Source: the human T2T-CHM13v2.0 reference genome, Homo sapiens. Taken from it: a stretch of DNA of 64,000 bases. The stretch lies in the NCBI RefSeq assembly GCF_009914755.1, contig NC_060931.1; one strand, 5' to 3'. The position numbers were made by a program, and so were the translations under genes. Positions 59,366 through 64,000 of the stretch are shown one piece after another. The notes below the pieces were generated by a model. The model was not told the DNA's origin. It was given only the letters and a program-made list of their open reading frames with translations, and did not search any database. Each line of letters begins with the position of its first letter. Within the stretch, counting starts at the first letter, position 1.

Positions 59366-60509
59366 GAAAATACGGAAGTGAACTGATAAACTTTGCAGTT
59401 AAGTTTGCAGGAATACCCTGGGCAACACAGACCCTCTGTCACAGCCAAATGTTTTGTTTCGTTGTTGTTCCTTAAATATGACCAATGCTGTCAATTCTGC
59501 AACTATATTCTTGCATTTCCTCATGGCTGGAAGGTCTCATTTTTTTTTCTGTCCTTTAGATATTAATCATCCTTTAAGGCTAACTGAGAGCCACATATTC
59601 AAAGAAGACTTCCAAACCATTACACTATTGAACTATCCCAGCTTTTACCTTTCTCGTTTGGGAACTTAGAGACTCAACTTATGGTATTATTAATACTGCC
59701 TATCCTCAGACCCCAGAGACAAAACATGCTGTCTACTTTCTCAGTATCCTCCAGAGAGCATGTTATAGAAATTGACACATAGAAATGATCTAGTCAATAT
59801 TTATTTACTACCAGTTGCTGGTACCTGGAAACATTCTTAGTAGTCTTGGTTTTCCTGGAGTCCTAATATAGTATAGTACAGCCAGAGACCTGTTTGGTTC
59901 ACAGAATTTAAGTAAACTTCTTGATCTTACGGTGTCTGCTAGCATCATGAGAACAGGCAATGCAATATCTTAAGACCAGTTAAAAGGAATTAGTTTTGAG
60001 AAAAGCTTATAGAGGTTACACCACTTTGCCCTTCACAGAATCTTTCATTTCAGCCACAAACCCACATTATCAATTCCCTTTATAAGCTGTGGATGACTTG
60101 TCAGGAAAGATAGTAACAGTCAACCAATAAATGGAACATTGTCTCCCTAATTCATTCAGAGATGTTTGCCCATGGAGATACTACCTGGTGATCTTGCCTT
60201 ACAACATCTTGGGCCCAGAGATATTGCTGAGATTCTTGTATTTCCCCTCTCATGTCCAGCATTAATGTATAAGTCAAATACCCATATTCTGTAAATTCTA
60301 CACATCTACCAGTAGGCAAGGCTGGAGATCCAAGTTCTTATTATTTAATCAACTAATCAGAAAGGAAGTTCTGGCTGATATTTAGAAGTTCTGTTAACAT
60401 TTCATAGAAGTAAATGTACAATTTCCCAGAAGAAAAGTATCTTGGGAACACAGAGACCATCTACATGGACAAAAGTAGGGGCTAATAATGATATGTTACC
60501 TCTTGATAT

Positions 60510-60720
60510 TTTAGAGAGGCAACATTGCTTAGTGCATAAGAGTCAAGACCTGTGGTTGAAGTCCTGTTCAACTCTGTACTCTCAATATTACCTTAGGCAA
60601 ATAATTAATTTCTCTACACCTTTATTTCCTTATCTGTATCTATATCTCTGTCGGTTGAGTTACAGAGAGGGTAGCTATGACCATTAAACTAGATATTTTC
60701 TGGCACAGAGTAAGTACTTA
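60510..60720 (+). mobile_element. MIR
   Basis: GAGAGGCAACATTGCTTAGTG...ACCTTAGGCAAATAATTAATTTCTCT...TGGCACAGAGTAAGTACTTA. Confidence 0.6.
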
Positions 60721-61059
60721 ATATACAAATTTTATATATGTTTCATATATCATATATAATTATATATTAGAGTTGTATATTATATAACAAATATACATTA
60801 TATAATGTAGTTTGCAAATAAATATTATATAATGCAACATGTAATATTATATAGTATATATAATATATAAATGTAGCATATTATTTAAAAATTAAAAATA
60901 TGTATAAACATATATTTAGAATAGCTTACTTCAATTTTATTTGAGGAACTCATTTTTTGGCTGTCCACAACATAAGGAGTAATGGATTATTGGTAGATTT
61001 TCACAGTCTGATTGTCTTTTATTAGATTTAGATCTTCTTTCTTTCCTTCTCATTTCTAA

Positions 61060-61295
61060 CTTTATTCAGTTTATAGTACTTAGTAGTTTACAAAATATGT
61101 TTACATATATCATTGAATTTGATACTCCTAAGAACCCCATAAGCAAAGTATGATCTCTTATTATACATATTCTATAGATAAGAAACTGAGCATCTAGAAG
61201 TTAAGTGACTGCTCAAGATCACGTGGCTAGGAGTTTACCCAAAGCCTAAACTTAGGTCTTCTGATTTCTAATCTAGTGTTTCTCCTACTATAATA
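61060..61295 (-). mobile_element. MIR
   Basis: ATAGATAAGAAACTGAG...AAGTTAAGTGACTGCTCAAGATCAC. Confidence 0.7.
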
Positions 61296-61399
61296 TTTCA
61301 GTCTGCTTTTTCCTTTCACTCTAAGGCTTATTATTTTCACTAAATTCAAATTGCCTTTTCTGCTTTGTTAAATACTAGAGTTAGACATTTGTAAAGTTA

Positions 61400-61430
61400 A
61401 ACACACACACACATACACACACACACACAC
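61400..61430. repeat. (CA)n microsatellite
   Basis: About 15 AC units with one interruption. Confidence 0.9.
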
Positions 61431-62709
61431 GACATTAAGGGCAAGATATATACTTCCAAGGTTTCTGAGAGGTACAGCTTATACAAGGAAAATCTTTTGT
61501 AAGAAATTGTGTAGATCTACTTATTCATGTGCTGAGTACACATTTTCAATTTTGACTATTGGTATAATTTAGAGAAATTCAATTAAAAAGAAAAAAATAA
61601 GTACTCCTCTTTAGGCATTTATTCTGTTCACCTGAAAGTATATTCATAGCCATTTTTTTTTTGTTAATGTTAAATAACAGATCCCTTTCCAGGGATCCTT
61701 TCCAGGGATCCGTTAAGTGCAGTCCATGTTAGAGTTAATGAAATAGTACCACAGTTTCAGAGATAATAAATATATGGGGGTAAGGAACTCACATTGCTAC
61801 GCTTTTTTATTCTGTTTGAAGTGATTTGCTTTTTGAAAAATTGAAAATCAGTGGAAAGCTAGTGAATAAGACTGATTAGATGCAGAAAACCACTTGTGTT
61901 CTACAGGTAAATTAGAAAGTTTGTTGCTACAAAAAACATCCCTTCGAAATGTAGGCATACACAATGATTTTTAAAGTTGTTAGAAGAAGTCTGCACATGA
62001 GCTGTTCATTTTCTATTTAGAATAAACGATGTGAGTGGTTTTGACTCCTTTCTCCCAGTGGCCCATGCCATACTTCAAATATGAAAGGAAATAAAACTGC
62101 AAGCTTTAAGGAAAAGATAAACTCTCATGCCTGCTATATTTGCATAGTAATCAAGGATTATGGTATATTTATCCCATTTCCTCACTCCTCCCTTCTTGTT
62201 ATTTCAGTCTTCCTCATCAAAACACTTATTTTTCACTGAATCCTCCAAATTAGCTTCTCATGCATATTCACCGGCAGATCACACAGTGACTCTGTAATGG
62301 CTGCAGCCTCTTTGCAATTGAGGCACAGTGGGCCAGACCCCCACCAGGCAGGTTGCCTGTTGCTGGTGTAGGCTCTGGGAGGTGAACATCAGCTTTGTTA
62401 TTCCAGCTGGGTGCTGCAGTCCTTGAACTAGCAGCTTTAGTCTTCCTTAAGATAGCATCGTCGTTTTAATGAGAGTGAATGCATAGCAATAAATGCTATC
62501 CAAGTCACAACTGGAATTCTCCTAAGGGGAGATGACCTTTCATATTTTTAATGAAGATTTATCTTTCAATTTCCATGAAGCAAGTGGCTAGGTATTTTGT
62601 TATTTCATACGAAAATAAAAGGCATCTCATAGTAATTTTTTCTTTGAAAATTATTTCTCAAATTTTTAGACTTTTAGTGGAAGCGCTTTTATCTTGGAAG
62701 ATTCCACTA

Positions 62710-63007
<298 letters not shown>

Positions 63008-64000
63008 GGAAAAGTAGACTATTTACAAGATTTACAAGTAACCTAGTTGGATTATAACCCTTCCTCCTGCAAATTTATTTTTCTATGATCCTAGAAAGGT
63101 CTTCATAGTATAAGGATTCTTTTGGACTTTTGTGTTGGAGATAACAGCTAAAAGAAAAATATCCATCCTCTGACACACATACATACCTCATTGTATTTAT
63201 TTACTTATTTATTTTTTATTTTTTAATGAACTTATGGCTTCTACTTTCATAGCAACTGACTAGAACTACACAGGAAACTATAGACAGCAACCTTAGTTAT
63301 TTCCTGGTTTAAGTGATGGGATGTAATCATACTGTATAGTTGTGAATAGATAATAAAATTGCATGACAAAAATGAAATTGAGAACAGACTTCTGCCACCC
63401 TTCTGTAATAAACAGTATAGGAACAACACTAGACACTAGAATGATAAGAATGTGTCAGGAATAGCCCAATACAGGAATTCATTTTTTGTCTGCCTTGGCA
63501 TACTGCATTCTTTATCAACAAAAGTTATTTTTAAAATGTCACATAATAATAATATATGTTGTCCCTTTTTTTAATCTTAAAGGATCACATGTTAAATAAA
63601 AGGAACAATTAGTAGACTATATGAATACCTTCAAAGCAATTTTCTAAAACAATAAATGTAGTCAGATTTGAAAATCAATCAATTTAATTATATTTGAAAT
63701 TATGATAGTAAAAATCTATATAGTCTTAATTATTAGATTACAGTTTACCTATCTTCATTGCATTTGATGAAAAACTTTAAAGTAGAATTATACTTTGATA
63801 TAATTTAGTTTTACTTAAATTTGTTGTTGCACTAAATTATCAAGCTATATTTTCTTTCCTGGTTATTCTAAGTAGTGTCAAGCACATATCAGAAAACCCA
63901 CTAAATTGGTACTTTAACTTTTAAAAACAGTCTTATTAGTGCCATGTGGTTTAAAACTTAGCTTAATTCAAACAGATATAATTTTAACTTAAAACTTTTT

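Noticed and set aside
61680-61710. GATCCCTTTCCAGGGATCCTTTCCAGGGATCC repeat
   Set aside because: A two-copy 13-bp slippage duplication; not an array.

Overview
Primate (most likely human) AT-rich, repeat-dense genomic DNA with no host protein-coding gene that I can recognise. The dominant feature is a near-complete but decayed class III endogenous retrovirus of the HERV-S (HERV18/LTR18) group on the minus strand (1-6414). It has a tRNA-Ser primer-binding site, gag, pro, a YMDD RT, RNase H, IN, a gamma-type env, a polypurine tract and two LTRs, the 3' one cut off by the window edge. It is inserted into ORF2 of an old, long L1 (6415-~11620). The rest is a patchwork of Alu, L1, L2, MIR, CR1/L3, MaLR LTR and DNA-transposon relics plus microsatellites. 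The most interesting points are: a possible degenerate dUTPase-like segment after the ERV integrase core; an in-frame amber stop with a downstream hairpin at the gag-pro junction; a furin site apparently converted to stop codons by CpG decay; three 5'-inverted (twin-primed) L1 insertions within about 6.3 kb; a 58-bp perfect palindrome inside a 570-bp AT array; a local ~143-bp duplication; and a few unrecognised exon-like segments. I found no convincing evidence of a wholly new biological system. Repeat subfamily names come from recalled consensus sequences and boundaries are approximate.
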